Shown in pieces: positions 38,792-48,313 of a stretch of 64,000 nt of DNA. The position numbers and the translations under genes are program-made. Source of the DNA: Klebsiella phage vB_KpnP_PW7; the sequence record PQ409239.1; one strand, written 5' to 3'. The notes under the pieces are model-generated. The model saw only the letters and a list, made by a program, of their open reading frames with translations, had not been told where the DNA came from and searched no databases. Position 1 is the stretch's first letter. Each line of letters begins with the position of its first letter.

Positions 38792-39746
38792 CCACAACGT
38801 ATCCCTGCCATTGGCAGTATGGCTTATGCATGACGAGTATGACTACGTTAATGAGAAAAAGTACATCTCAGCGACTACTCTGCTTAAACCGCTTAAGCAT
38901 ATTGTAATGGCTCACCGTGTGGATAAATCCAAGCTTTCTATGGATATCATGGACCTGGTATCTACCTCCATGGGTAGTGGTTTGCATGGTTCCATTGAAA
39001 AAGCCTGGTATGAGGGCCACCAGCAAGCACTGACGAAGCTGGGTTATCCCAAGAAGGTTGTCGAATCTGTAGTCATCAACCCAACCGAAGAAGACTTTGC
39101 TAAGAACCCGGATATTATCCCCGTTTACATTGAGCAACGTGCTACCAAGAAGATTGGTGGTTGGACTATTGGTGGTAAATTCGACATTGTCACTGAAGGC
39201 TTACTACAGGATGTTAAGTCCACTTCGACTTACACCTGGACTAATGGTGGACGTGATGATGAACACAAGATGCAGGGTAGTATCTATCGTTGGTTGCATG
39301 ATACCAAGATTACAGAAGATATTATTCGCATTAATTACATCTTCACAGACTGGCAAAAGGCACTAGCTAAGCCAGAGTCAAACTACCCTCAGCATCGTGT
39401 GATGCACAAAGACATCCCACTGCTTTCTTACAAAGCAACGGAAGAGTGGATTAAGCGTAAGCTTGAGCTAATCGACCGTTACTGGGATGCACCGGAATCT
39501 GAGATTCCTGAGTGTACGGACGAAGAGTTGTGGAAGACTGACCCTGTTTATAAGTACTTCTCCGATGTAGAGAAGGCTAAGGAACCAGGGGCAAGAAGTA
39601 CCAAGAATTTTACTGACCTGATTGATGCCAGGACATTCATGGCAAGCAAGGGTAAGGGGACAATTATTGTTGTTCCTGGGGAAGTTAAACGCTGCAACTA
39701 CTGCCCAGTAGCTACAATTTGCAAACAAAGAGAGAGATACATCTAA
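38775..39746 (+). CDS. PD-(D/E)xK nuclease, Cas4/RecB-like, with a C-terminal Cys cluster.
   Basis: FDIVTEGLLQDVKST (D ... E.K) plus C-terminal RCNYCPVATICK. Confidence 0.55.
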   Translation: MKITNNHNVSLPLAVWLMHDEYDYVNEKKYISATTLLKPLKHIVMAHRVDKSKLSMDIMDLVSTSMGSGLHGSIEKAWYEGHQQALTKLGYPKKVVESVVINPTEEDFAKNPDIIPVYIEQRATKKIGGWTIGGKFDIVTEGLLQDVKSTSTYTWTNGGRDDEHKMQGSIYRWLHDTKITEDIIRINYIFTDWQKALAKPESNYPQHRVMHKDIPLLSYKATEEWIKRKLELIDRYWDAPESEIPECTDEELWKTDPVYKYFSDVEKAKEPGARSTKNFTDLIDARTFMASKGKGTIIVVPGEVKRCNYCPVATICKQRERYI

Positions 39747-41893
39747 TGATTGACCTTACTGGAGTCACTCATCATCCGGCTCTTGAAGAAATCGTAGACG
39801 TCCTGTGTAACAAGACACAGAACAATGACCGTGGTTTCTTCAGGGTGGAAGTGGCTTACTTTTTAGCAAAAATGGCATCCTGTATGGGTGCAACTATCGT
39901 CACTAAAGACCGTGGTGATATTCCCGTTAATATCTACGCTATGGCTCTGGCAACTTCTGGCTTCGGTAAGGGTCATTCTGTAAATATCATCGAAGACGGT
40001 TTCATGATGGGCTTCAAGAAGCGTTTCATGGAAGACACTATGCCCACTATCGCAGAGAAGAACCTCTGGAAGATTGCCAATGAGCGAGCAGCTCGTAATG
40101 GTACCGACCAGCAGGAAGAATTCGAAAAGGTAGAGGCAGAGTATCGCAGAGCAGGTGCTTATCCGTATACGTTTGACTCTGGTACACCACCAGCTGTTAA
40201 ACAGTTACGGCACAAGCTGCTGATGGCTAACTGTGGCTCAATCAACCTTCAGATTGATGAAATTGGCTCTAACTTACTTGCAAACCTGGACGTATTAACC
40301 CTGTTCCTTGAGTTGTATGACCAAGGCAAGGTTAAACCTAAGCTGACCAAGAACACGGCTGAAAGCGTCCGTGGTGAAGACCTGGAAGGTAAGACACCTA
40401 CTAACATGCTTTTGTTTGGTACCCCAAGCAAACTGTTGGACGGTGGACAGATTGAAGACATGTACTATGCAATGCTCGACACTGGCTATGCTCGTCGTTG
40501 CTTGTTTGCATTTGGGCATATCGACAAGAAAGCATTTAACATGCTTACGCCAGAAGAAATCTATATCAACCTCACAAAAGCTAACAATAACCAGTTAGTG
40601 AACCAATGGGCTAATCACTTTACGTCCTTGGCAGACCCTACCCATTTCGGGTGGAAGATGGCTGTCGAAGATGATGTGGGTATTGAACTCATTCGTTATA
40701 AGAGTGAGTGTGATAAAGCAGCAGATGCTATGGCTGACCACGAAGAAATTCGTAAAGCCGAGATGATGCACCGTTACTTTAAAGCTCTCAAGCTGGCTGG
40801 TGCATACGCATTTGTTGACCAAAGCCTCATCGTTGAAATGGAACACCTGAAGCAAGCAATTCTGCTTGTAGAAGAATCAGGTAAAGCTTTCCAAAGCATC
40901 CTCAACCGTGAAAAGGCTTATGTAAAACTGGCTAAGTACATTGCTTCAGTTGGTTCAGAAGTAACTCACGCAGACTTACTCGAAGCCTTGCCTTTCTACC
41001 CTAAAGGCAATGCAGCTCGTAACGAGATGGTCACTTTGGCAACAGCCTGGGGCTATAAGCAGCACATCATTATCAAGAAGACCTATAACGAAGGTATTGA
41101 GTTCTATCGTGGGGAAACCCTAAAAGAGACTGATATCAACGAAATGGTTATCTCCTATAGTGATAACTGGGCTTATAACTACTCTGGTGAAAGGGTACCT
41201 TTTGACCAGCTTCACGTATTGACCCAGCACGAAGATATGCACTGGTGTAACCACCATTTCCGTAAGGAGCATCGTGCAGAAGAGAACGTTATTGCTGGCT
41301 TCAACATGATTGTTATTGACGTGGACGGTACGATTAGTCGTGATATCTGTCATGAACTCATGAAAGACTATCGCTTTATGACGTATACCACTAAACGTCA
41401 CACGGAAGAAGCGAACCGCTTCCGTCTCATACTTCCTATGAACTATTACCTGGAGTTAGACGGGGAAGAGTACAAGGAATTTATGAATAACGTTATGGCC
41501 TGGTTACCGTTTGAAACGGATGAATCAGCCAACCAGCGTGCTAAAAAGTGGATGTCTTGCTCTACTGGTACTTACCACTACAACCTCGAAGCCCCACTTC
41601 TGGATGTACGTGACTTCATTCCTCGAACCAGTAAGAACGAAGCTTTCCACAATCACATGCAGCAGGTGCAAAGCCTGGATAATCTCGAAAGATGGTTTGC
41701 TGGACGTATTGCAAATGGTAACCGTAACAACCACATGATTAAGTATGCCCTGGCTCTCGTAGACAGTGGCAAAGACTTCAATGAGGTTAGTACGTTAGTA
41801 CATGCATTCAACAAGAAGCTGAGTAATCCACTCGATGCTGATGAGTTGAATAGCACTGTGTTGGTCACAGCAGCAAAACGTTATAGCTCCTAA
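39719..41893 (+). CDS. DNA primase-like replication protein (N4 gp43 position).
   Basis: 724 aa. The C-terminal region MIVIDVDG ... RFRLILP resembles AEP/prim-pol motifs. Confidence 0.45.
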   Translation: MQTKREIHLMIDLTGVTHHPALEEIVDVLCNKTQNNDRGFFRVEVAYFLAKMASCMGATIVTKDRGDIPVNIYAMALATSGFGKGHSVNIIEDGFMMGFKKRFMEDTMPTIAEKNLWKIANERAARNGTDQQEEFEKVEAEYRRAGAYPYTFDSGTPPAVKQLRHKLLMANCGSINLQIDEIGSNLLANLDVLTLFLELYDQGKVKPKLTKNTAESVRGEDLEGKTPTNMLLFGTPSKLLDGGQIEDMYYAMLDTGYARRCLFAFGHIDKKAFNMLTPEEIYINLTKANNNQLVNQWANHFTSLADPTHFGWKMAVEDDVGIELIRYKSECDKAADAMADHEEIRKAEMMHRYFKALKLAGAYAFVDQSLIVEMEHLKQAILLVEESGKAFQSILNREKAYVKLAKYIASVGSEVTHADLLEALPFYPKGNAARNEMVTLATAWGYKQHIIIKKTYNEGIEFYRGETLKETDINEMVISYSDNWAYNYSGERVPFDQLHVLTQHEDMHWCNHHFRKEHRAEENVIAGFNMIVIDVDGTISRDICHELMKDYRFMTYTTKRHTEEANRFRLILPMNYYLELDGEEYKEFMNNVMAWLPFETDESANQRAKKWMSCSTGTYHYNLEAPLLDVRDFIPRTSKNEAFHNHMQQVQSLDNLERWFAGRIANGNRNNHMIKYALALVDSGKDFNEVSTLVHAFNKKLSNPLDADELNSTVLVTAAKRYSS

Positions 41894-41950
41894 TCAGTAA
41901 AATTGCAGTCCTTTGTTTGGTTTAAGGGACTGCAATCAAATGAGGTAATC

Positions 41951-42709
41951 ATGTCAGAAGAAATCCTTGCCAATGATATGAACACGCAGCTTGTGTTAAT
42001 TGTTGGTTATTCAGCAAGTGGCAAATCTGCCAGTCTGCGTAATATCCGTAACCAGGAACGCTGGTTATATCTGAACACGGAAGCAGGTAAACGCCTACCT
42101 TTCCGCAACAAGTTCAATACCTACAACATCGAAGACCCCTACCAGATTTGGGAAGCATTCGATGTTGCATCTCCGGGTGGTGAAATGGAGAATGACGTCG
42201 ATGGTATTATCATTGACTCAGCTACTTTCATGATGGATATGCTGGAATCTATGTATGTCCTCCCTTCTGCTAACACTCAAAAAGCCTGGGGTGACTTTGC
42301 TCAGTTCTTTAAAGTCCTGCTACAAAACAAAGTGGTTAAGTTTGGCAAGCCTGTTCTTATCCTGGCTCACGTTAAAGATGAGCTAGATGAAGCAGCAGGT
42401 GTCATTAAAGTAAGCGTGCCTGTTAAAGGTTCGCTGAAGAACAATGGCATTGAAGCCTATTTCTCTACTGTGGTAGCAGCGAAACGAGTAGAACTCCGTG
42501 AGCTGGAGAAAATCAGTAATGGGATGTTAGAGATTACTGATGAAGAACGTGAATTAGGCTTTAAGCACGTATTCCAAACTCGTCTTACTAAGAAGACGAT
42601 TGGTGAACGTTTACGCTCCCCTATGGGTATGTTCAGCAAAGAAGAGACTTACATCGATAACGATGCTCAAAAACTGCTGGACCACCTGGCTGAATACTAC
42701 GCCGAGTAA
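41951..42709 (+). CDS. RecA/Sak4-like ATPase. Start adjusted to MSEEILAND.
   Basis: Walker A GYSASGKSA. Confidence 0.45.
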   Translation: MSEEILANDMNTQLVLIVGYSASGKSASLRNIRNQERWLYLNTEAGKRLPFRNKFNTYNIEDPYQIWEAFDVASPGGEMENDVDGIIIDSATFMMDMLESMYVLPSANTQKAWGDFAQFFKVLLQNKVVKFGKPVLILAHVKDELDEAAGVIKVSVPVKGSLKNNGIEAYFSTVVAAKRVELRELEKISNGMLEITDEERELGFKHVFQTRLTKKTIGERLRSPMGMFSKEETYIDNDAQKLLDHLAEYYAE

Positions 42710-42751
42710 TTACTTGGTTGTAAAACACTTTTTAGAAATAAGAGAGAAAAC

Positions 42752-43546
42752 ATGTCTACTTTATTCGGTAAACTGAAAGACAAAGCAAGCAAAGCAGAAG
42801 CACCTGTTGACCGTGTTGGTGGTGGCTTTAAAGCCCAAGATACCGACATTTATATCGGTACCCTGAAAGTGGCCTATGCCGGACAATCCGACAAAGGTGC
42901 AAGCTTCATTCAGGTAATCATCGAAGACCTGGTTAATGCAACCACGGGTGCTTCTGCTGGTACCCACCGTGAACAACTGTACATTACCTCTGGTAATGAC
43001 AAGGGTAACAGCCCAACCTACGAGAAGAACGGTAAAGAGTTCTTCCTGCCTGGTTATACCGTAGCGAACGATATCTTCGTTATGACTGCGGAAACCGAAC
43101 TGCCGGATACGGTATTCGAAGAGAAAGTAGTTAATATCTACGACTTCGAACAAAGCAAAGAGCTGCCTAAATCCGTCATGGTTCCTGTAGACGCTGTAGG
43201 CCAGAAAGTGGCTGTAGCTCTGAAGAAGAGCCAGGAATACAAGCGTGTTAAAGGCAACGACGGTTACTACGATTCTGACGAAATCAAAGAAGTGGTTAAC
43301 ATTGATAAAGTGTTCCACCCGGACCTGAAACTAACCGTTCTGGAAGTTACTGAAGCACTGGCTGCTGACCGTGACCTGTCTGCTGAAGAGCCTGTATTCT
43401 GGAATGCATGGCTGGAAGCGAACCAGGGTAAAGTGGATACCCACAAGCTGAAGAAATCCGGCAATGCCGGTACTGTCGGTGCACCTCCAGCTGCTGGTAA
43501 CCCTACTGCCGGGGCTGCTAAGAAATCCCTTTTCGGTAAGAAATAA
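42752..43546 (+). CDS. Single-stranded DNA-binding protein (N4 gp45-like).
   Basis: 264 aa against 265 aa for N4 SSB. Lies between the ATPase and the resolvase and has a Gly/Pro-rich C-terminus. Confidence 0.45.
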   Translation: MSTLFGKLKDKASKAEAPVDRVGGGFKAQDTDIYIGTLKVAYAGQSDKGASFIQVIIEDLVNATTGASAGTHREQLYITSGNDKGNSPTYEKNGKEFFLPGYTVANDIFVMTAETELPDTVFEEKVVNIYDFEQSKELPKSVMVPVDAVGQKVAVALKKSQEYKRVKGNDGYYDSDEIKEVVNIDKVFHPDLKLTVLEVTEALAADRDLSAEEPVFWNAWLEANQGKVDTHKLKKSGNAGTVGAPPAAGNPTAGAAKKSLFGKK

Positions 43547-44103
43547 TGAAAATACCCGTGCTAGGTTGTGACCCCAGTTTTCGTAACTGGGGATTAGCAC
43601 GGGGAATGCTGGACCTAAACACGGGCATCTTTACAGACGTAGAGTTACTACTTGTAGAAACCAAACCAGATGACACCAAGCAGGTACGCAAGAACAGCAG
43701 AGACATTGCTCGTTGCGTAGATATCACCTCTGGTGTTGTCGACTGGTTCAAGTGGGCAACTGTAGTCTTCGTAGAGGTGCCCGTTGGTTCGCAGAGTGCC
43801 AACGGAATGAAATCATACGGTGTATGTGTTGGTATTCTGGGTGCATTCCGTGCAATGGGTATTCAGCTAATTGAAGTTAATCCCTCCGAAAATAAGCTGG
43901 CCCTTACCGGTTGTAAGACAGCAAGTAAAGACTCAATGATTCAAGCAGCCCAATCGTTTTATCCGGAAGCTAACTGGCTTCGTGATAGTAAAGGAAAGCT
44001 GCTTAATAAGAATGAGCACTTAGCTGATGCAATTGGTTCTATTCATGCAGGTGTAAATACACCAGCATTCCAGACAATTTTAAAGTTATATGAAAAGGTA
44101 TAA
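43546..44103 (+). CDS. RuvC-like Holliday-junction resolvase.
   Basis: MKIPVLGCDPSFRNWGLA is a RuvC-type N-terminal motif. Confidence 0.5.
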   Translation: MKIPVLGCDPSFRNWGLARGMLDLNTGIFTDVELLLVETKPDDTKQVRKNSRDIARCVDITSGVVDWFKWATVVFVEVPVGSQSANGMKSYGVCVGILGAFRAMGIQLIEVNPSENKLALTGCKTASKDSMIQAAQSFYPEANWLRDSKGKLLNKNEHLADAIGSIHAGVNTPAFQTILKLYEKV

Positions 44104-44545
44104 ACAAATGCAGATTACACTGAACCAAGATGAAGTAAAACAGTGCGTGCAAGATTATGTTGATAACAATATCAGTCTTGCTGGTGACCTGGACATTGTT
44201 ATCAACGAAGACGGTACTGTTACTGTTGGTATTAACGAGAAGGTGGGTACCGACCAGGTAGAAGATACTCCACCCGTGGTAGAGAAAAAAACTCGTAAGC
44301 GTCGTGAAGCCAAGCATGTAATGGTAGAGAAAAAGGCAGAAGAGCCTGTTTCTGAGCCAGAAGCCCAGGGTGAAGATGAAGTTGACCCTAACGACGAAAT
44401 CCACGAAGAAGCTGTAGCTCAGGCTGAAGAAGCAGCAGCCGAGGTAGCGTCTAATGCAGCTGCTGTGGCAGAAGAAGTTCAGGAAAAAGAAGTTGAACGC
44501 CCTGCATCTTCGAAGCCGTCTCTGTTCGCAAACCTGAAACGTTAA
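44090..44545 (+). CDS. Acidic hypothetical protein.
   Basis: 151 aa with a Glu/Ala-rich C-terminus. Confidence 0.4.
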   Translation: MKRYKQMQITLNQDEVKQCVQDYVDNNISLAGDLDIVINEDGTVTVGINEKVGTDQVEDTPPVVEKKTRKRREAKHVMVEKKAEEPVSEPEAQGEDEVDPNDEIHEEAVAQAEEAAAEVASNAAAVAEEVQEKEVERPASSKPSLFANLKR

Positions 44546-44781
44546 TAGCTGGTAGGTGGCTCAGAAGCTGCTGCTATTTGTGGTAGTGTTCATAGTCATA
44601 ATGCTATTGCTAATTAGGCTATTGGACGTGTCGGCTCCATACATAGCATTTATCATCACTGTAGTTATCCTCTGGAAACTTAGTGATAAATCCGGTGGTG
44701 ACAAGCCGCCAGACTAATAACAAACTGAACCAGTGCCCTTTACTACTCTCCGAAGGGCATTGGTTAACTTAGGTCAGACTA

Positions 44782-45027
44782 ATGCAACCTGAAGAAAAGT
44801 TTACTGAGTATGTTGATGCTCTTGTAACTGTTGAATTAGCTTTAGCTATGGCACGTAAATACAAGGAACCAGTTAATAAGCCTGTTGCTCAGTGTGCTCG
44901 TTTAGTAGCAATGCGTTGCAAAGATTTAGCAAATCGTCAGCTCTTTCTTGGGGTTAGTAAAAGCGAGTGTCCCGGAGTGATGGTTAATATGATGCGAATC
45001 ACGTTTGACGAAATGATTAGCTCATAG
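44782..45027 (+). CDS. Hypothetical.
   Basis: 81-aa ORF. Confidence 0.35.
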   Translation: MQPEEKFTEYVDALVTVELALAMARKYKEPVNKPVAQCARLVAMRCKDLANRQLFLGVSKSECPGVMVNMMRITFDEMISS

Positions 45028-45031
45028 TATA

Positions 45032-45106
45032 AGTAGCTCATGGTGAGTTAGCTAATTGGTGAAGCGGCTGACTGTTAATCAGTGACAGAGTGGTTCGAGT
45101 CCACTA
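45032..45106 (+). tRNA. tRNA-Asn (GTT).
   Basis: Acceptor ggtgagt/actcacc; anticodon stem gctga/tcagt; loop ctGTTaa; T-arm agtgg-ttcgagt-ccact; CCA encoded. Confidence 0.7.
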
Positions 45107-45110
45107 CTCA

Positions 45111-45190
45111 CCGCCATATAGGGCAGTAGGCGATGTAGGGTTATGCGCCACGACACAGGTCGTGAACATCGGTTCGAGTCCGATACTGTC
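45111..45190 (+). tRNA. tRNA-like element, identity unresolved.
   Basis: Acceptor gggcagt/actgtcc and T-arm atcgg-ttcgagt-ccgat, but the anticodon arm folds with a 6-nt loop. Confidence 0.35.
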
Positions 45191-45200
45191 CACCACTATC

Positions 45201-45277
45201 GGAGTTTAGCTCAGTTTGGCAGAGCACCTGGTTTGGGACCAGGGGGTCGTAGGTTCAAGTCCTACAATTCCGACCAA
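45201..45277 (+). tRNA. tRNA-Pro (TGG).
   Basis: Acceptor cggagtt/aattccg; D gctc/gagc; anticodon stem cctgg/ccagg; loop ttTGGga; T-arm gtagg-ttcaagt-cctac; CCA. Confidence 0.75.
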
Positions 45278-45284
45278 ATTCTAT

Positions 45285-45361
45285 TGGGGTATCGCCAAGT
45301 TGGTTAAGGCATCGGACTTTGATTCCGACATTCGCAAGTTCGAATCTTGCTACCCCTGCCA
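45285..45361 (+). tRNA. tRNA-Gln (TTG).
   Basis: Anticodon stem tcgga/tccga; loop ctTTGat; T-arm gcaag-ttcgaat-cttgc; 1:72 T-T mismatch; CCA. Confidence 0.65.
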
Positions 45362-45373
45362 GTTTTATATAAA

Positions 45374-45449
45374 TTCCCCGTTAGGCTTAGTGGTAAGTGA
45401 CCCATAGCAGGCATGTTATGATACAGGTTCGACTCCTGTACGGGGAGCC
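45374..45449 (+). tRNA. tRNA-like element, anticodon unresolved.
   Basis: Acceptor tccccgt/acgggga and T-arm acagg-ttcgact-cctgt, but the D and anticodon arms are irregular. Confidence 0.35.
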
Positions 45450-45710
45450 AACATCCTATCAATGAGCACCTTTGATTGAGGTCGGAAGCTGAAATGATGC
45501 TTCTGTAAAATGAATCCACAGAGGGTGCTCTTTGATAGTTTTCGTGGGCGATTATGCGGTTTTTTAGAAACGAACCAATAACATAAATGCAAACGATGAT
45601 GTTGTTCTGATGGTTGCTTAATTGCATAACCATTAGTCAGGAGTGAGTCGTCCTGATTATCAAACGACCATGGAGTGTCCCCGTCCGTGTATTAGAAACG
45701 GGGAACCAAT

Positions 45711-45839
45711 ATTACTGGTTGCACGAGATGGCCTGGCATGTTCAGGTCAGGACTAAGTGTGACGCCGCTAGATTGGAGAACTGCTGCGGTAAGCTATAGA
45801 CTCCAACCGGAGGTTCGAATCCTTCACCAGTAACCATCT
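45711..45839 (+). tRNA. Long tRNA-like element (~129 nt); possibly a tRNA with an insertion.
   Basis: Acceptor tactggt/accagta and T-arm ggagg-ttcgaat-ccttc with CCA, but far too long for a standard tRNA. Confidence 0.25.
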
Positions 45840-45980
45840 AAAAGAGTGCTGAATGTCACGTTAGTGAATGGACAAGGTATCCTTGCAGTGCTCTTTTCGA
45901 TGGTGAGCCATCAAGTCCAGACGATATCTGAGTGACTTTAAAAACAGATGGAGCCAGGTGGAATCCCTGGCAATCAATTC

Positions 45981-46047
45981 CGGTGTAGGTACTAGCGTTG
46001 TGCACAAACGTGAATGTGTTGGTTCGAGTCCAACTGCCGGAACCAAT
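45981..46047 (+). tRNA. Short tRNA-like element.
   Basis: T-arm gttgg-ttcgagt-ccaac and acceptor tccggtg/tgccgga with CCA, but only ~67 nt. Confidence 0.25.
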
Positions 46048-46938
46048 TCGAGGTAGTGCTATGTGGTCTATGCCCTTTAACTAGGCGCATTGTAAATACA
46101 ACCCATGTAGTACTACCCCGAATTGGAAGAATTATGGTAGCTAGAAACATGAGTAACCGTTCGAATCCTTGGGATTAGTCGTCGGTGGAAAGTGTATATC
46201 GCTGTGGTGAGATTCCACGAGCTACCTGCAATATTATGGCAAGCATGGTTGAGTAGATGTGGTTCGACTCCACCCGGTGAGGTTCACCTTCACTAGCGTG
46301 ATTGGTTCACGAGAGACTTAGTACCGTAGGTTCAATTCCTACCCTTGCCACCTTACATTTGGGGTAAACGAGTGGTATCACAATACCATATCGAGCGTAA
46401 GTATCCAGGGAAGCTCTGGGACGCCCCCACCTTATTATGAACCAGTAAAGAAACAAGTCTGTTATTTCCCATTAACTAATTAATAGTTGAGAGAGAAATC
46501 GCCCTGGGGAGGGTTGTCGATAACGCTATATCGTAAGACTTGCTGGTAAGAATCCAGCATGGTTCACCTATTTGGGGTCGTAGCAAATCGGTTAAGCAAC
46601 TAGGACAGTAGTGCCTAGTGTGGGTAACACGTAGTCCCACCGACTCCACCATTTAACGCAGCAACATAGCCCTGATTGCATAGCACTCTAAAGACAATAC
46701 TGGTGAGGCAGTCCAGTAGCTGCTATCCTACTACCATACCCCCGACAAGGTGTATGTATGGAGAAGGGAACTCCTTAAATCCCAGCCTGAGCAAGTAGTT
46801 AAACGAGCTATCAACTCAATACTGAGCCAGCTAGTTAGGTATTAAACGGGTTTATGCTCCCGCATCGCAACCAAAACTAGCCTCTGAAAGGCAAGGGTTT
46901 AATGAAAGCAAGCCTCCCAGCTATGGGTAAATAGCACT

Positions 46939-46999
46939 AAGCCCCCTTTAGGAACGGATGGAGCCAATACCATCTCAAGCCGACAAGGGGGCTTTTTTA
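46939..46999 (+). terminator. Structured terminator closing the tRNA island.
   Basis: 10-bp stem aagccccctt / aagggggctt enclosing an inner hairpin (gatgg ... ccatc), then TTTTTT. Confidence 0.55.
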
Positions 47000-47029
47000 T
47001 TTGAAAGCGATAACCCACAGAGGAATACC

Positions 47030-47452
47030 ATGGACTTAGAACAAGAGATTCAAAACAAGGGTGCTAACGTAGCTCCCCGAATTACTCCTTCCCATATTGA
47101 AGACTGTATTGCCAGTGTTCATTTCTTCACAGCAGCAGATGGTGCGACAGCTGTTATGGGTGACAGCGATACCATTAGCAATGACAGCCTACAGTCACTT
47201 AAGCTGCTGACTATCTGCGTGATGGTTCTGAAAAACGGCTTTACTGTTGTTGGTAAGTCTGCCTGTGCATCCCCAGAGAACTACAATGCTGACATCGGTA
47301 AAGACGTTGCCTGGCGTGATGCCAAAGAACAGATTTGGCCACTTGAGGGCTATCTGCTGAAGCAGAATCTGTACGAGCAGAAGCAGAGCCAGGATATGCT
47401 GAAAGGCTTCCTGGAAGATGACAACTGTGATGGTGGGGGTTGTAAGATATGA
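47030..47452 (+). CDS. N4 gp49-family protein (Phage_gp49_66-like). Start adjusted to MDLEQEIQ.
   Basis: ITPSHIEDCIASVHFF ... ICVMVLKNGFTVVGKSACASPENYNADIGKDVAWRDAKEQIWPLEGY. The ORF-track start lies inside the upstream terminator. Confidence 0.5.
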   Translation: MDLEQEIQNKGANVAPRITPSHIEDCIASVHFFTAADGATAVMGDSDTISNDSLQSLKLLTICVMVLKNGFTVVGKSACASPENYNADIGKDVAWRDAKEQIWPLEGYLLKQNLYEQKQSQDMLKGFLEDDNCDGGGCKI

Positions 47453-47607
47453 TGCAAACCACCTATTCCAGCAGGGATGGGTGGGAGTCTTTCATATCCT
47501 ACAGAAATGTTGCTTGTTACAGGATGTGGGGACACGTTAAGCCCACCAAAAAACAAATACGTAAGTTCATGAAAAAACTACGCGTAAAGATTCAAAGGAA
47601 TCAGTAA
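47449..47607 (+). CDS. Small basic protein (52 aa), below the ORF-track threshold.
   Basis: Start ATGA overlaps the upstream stop; the stop TAATG overlaps the downstream start. Translation MMQTTYSSRDGWESFISYRNVACYRMWGHVKPTKKQIRKFMKKLRVKIQRNQ. Confidence 0.35.
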   Translation: MMQTTYSSRDGWESFISYRNVACYRMWGHVKPTKKQIRKFMKKLRVKIQRNQ

Positions 47608-48101
47608 TGGACACTAAGATTAACTTCCGTAACTACATTGGTACCAAAAGCTTATTAGCTTTCCCAATGACCAAAGGTGATTACTGTAAGCTTCGTAACT
47701 GGGACTTACCGTCTAACGAGGAACCAGAAGAGGAAGGATACTTGGTTGAATACCCCGACTCACTGTCCAATCATCCGGACTTCCGTGGCTACATCTCATG
47801 GTCACCAAAAGCTGTTTTTGAAGCAGCATATAATAGCTACACAGAGGGTTGTACCTTTGGTCAAGCTATCGAGTTGCTTAAAGCAGGTCACCGAATGGCC
47901 CGTAAGGGTTGGAATGGAATTGGTATGTACATCACCTATGTACCTGCTGAAGAATGGGCGAGTAGTGCATTAGAACGTCCATGGTCACATGACCTTAAGC
48001 CAATCCCATGGATTGGGATGAAGACAGTAGGTGATACCTTTGTACCGTGGTTAGCCTCTCAGTCTGATATTCTGGCAGAAGACTGGGTATTAGCAGAATA
48101 G
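47607..48101 (+). CDS. DUF2829 (Tad2-like) domain protein with an N-terminal extension; candidate cyclic-nucleotide sponge and anti-defence protein.
   Basis: C-terminal half TFGQAIELLKAGHRMARKGWNGIGMYITYVP ... FVPWLASQSDILAEDWVLAE matches the DUF2829 signature (GWNGxGM ... PWxASQxDxLAEDW). Confidence 0.5.
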   Translation: MDTKINFRNYIGTKSLLAFPMTKGDYCKLRNWDLPSNEEPEEEGYLVEYPDSLSNHPDFRGYISWSPKAVFEAAYNSYTEGCTFGQAIELLKAGHRMARKGWNGIGMYITYVPAEEWASSALERPWSHDLKPIPWIGMKTVGDTFVPWLASQSDILAEDWVLAE

Positions 48102-48109
48102 GAACCATT

Positions 48110-48313
48110 ATGAACAAAGAGTTATTTCCACACCAGCAACGCATTATAGAGGAACTTGAAGAATTGAAGACTAAGATTGAAAAACTTACAGTCTTCATGA
48201 CTACTCCCTTATATGCTGGACTTTCTGCAAGTGACCGTAACCTACTTAATATTCAACTGAGTGCAATGAAGACTTACGGTTACGTTCTTGAACTTCGCAT
48301 TGAGAAGTTTTAG
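48110..48313 (+). CDS. Hypothetical.
   Basis: 67-aa ORF. Confidence 0.35.
   Translation: MNKELFPHQQRIIEELEELKTKIEKLTVFMTTPLYAGLSASDRNLLNIQLSAMKTYGYVLELRIEKF

Noticed and set aside
42761-43600. Minus-strand ORFs of 185, 89 and 65 aa overlapping the SSB gene.
   Set aside because: They are antisense shadows of a well-supported plus-strand gene in a unidirectional gene block.
44729-44767. Hairpin tgccctt ... aagggca after the acidic-protein gene.
   Set aside because: The 12-nt loop and absence of a T-run do not make a convincing terminator, and it does not have a TCC loop like the promoters. Function unclear.
45111-45190. Attempt to assign an anticodon to the second tRNA-like element.
   Set aside because: The best fold gives a 6-nt anticodon loop (cacagg) and alternative registers break the stem. 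Left unassigned rather than guessing an isotype.
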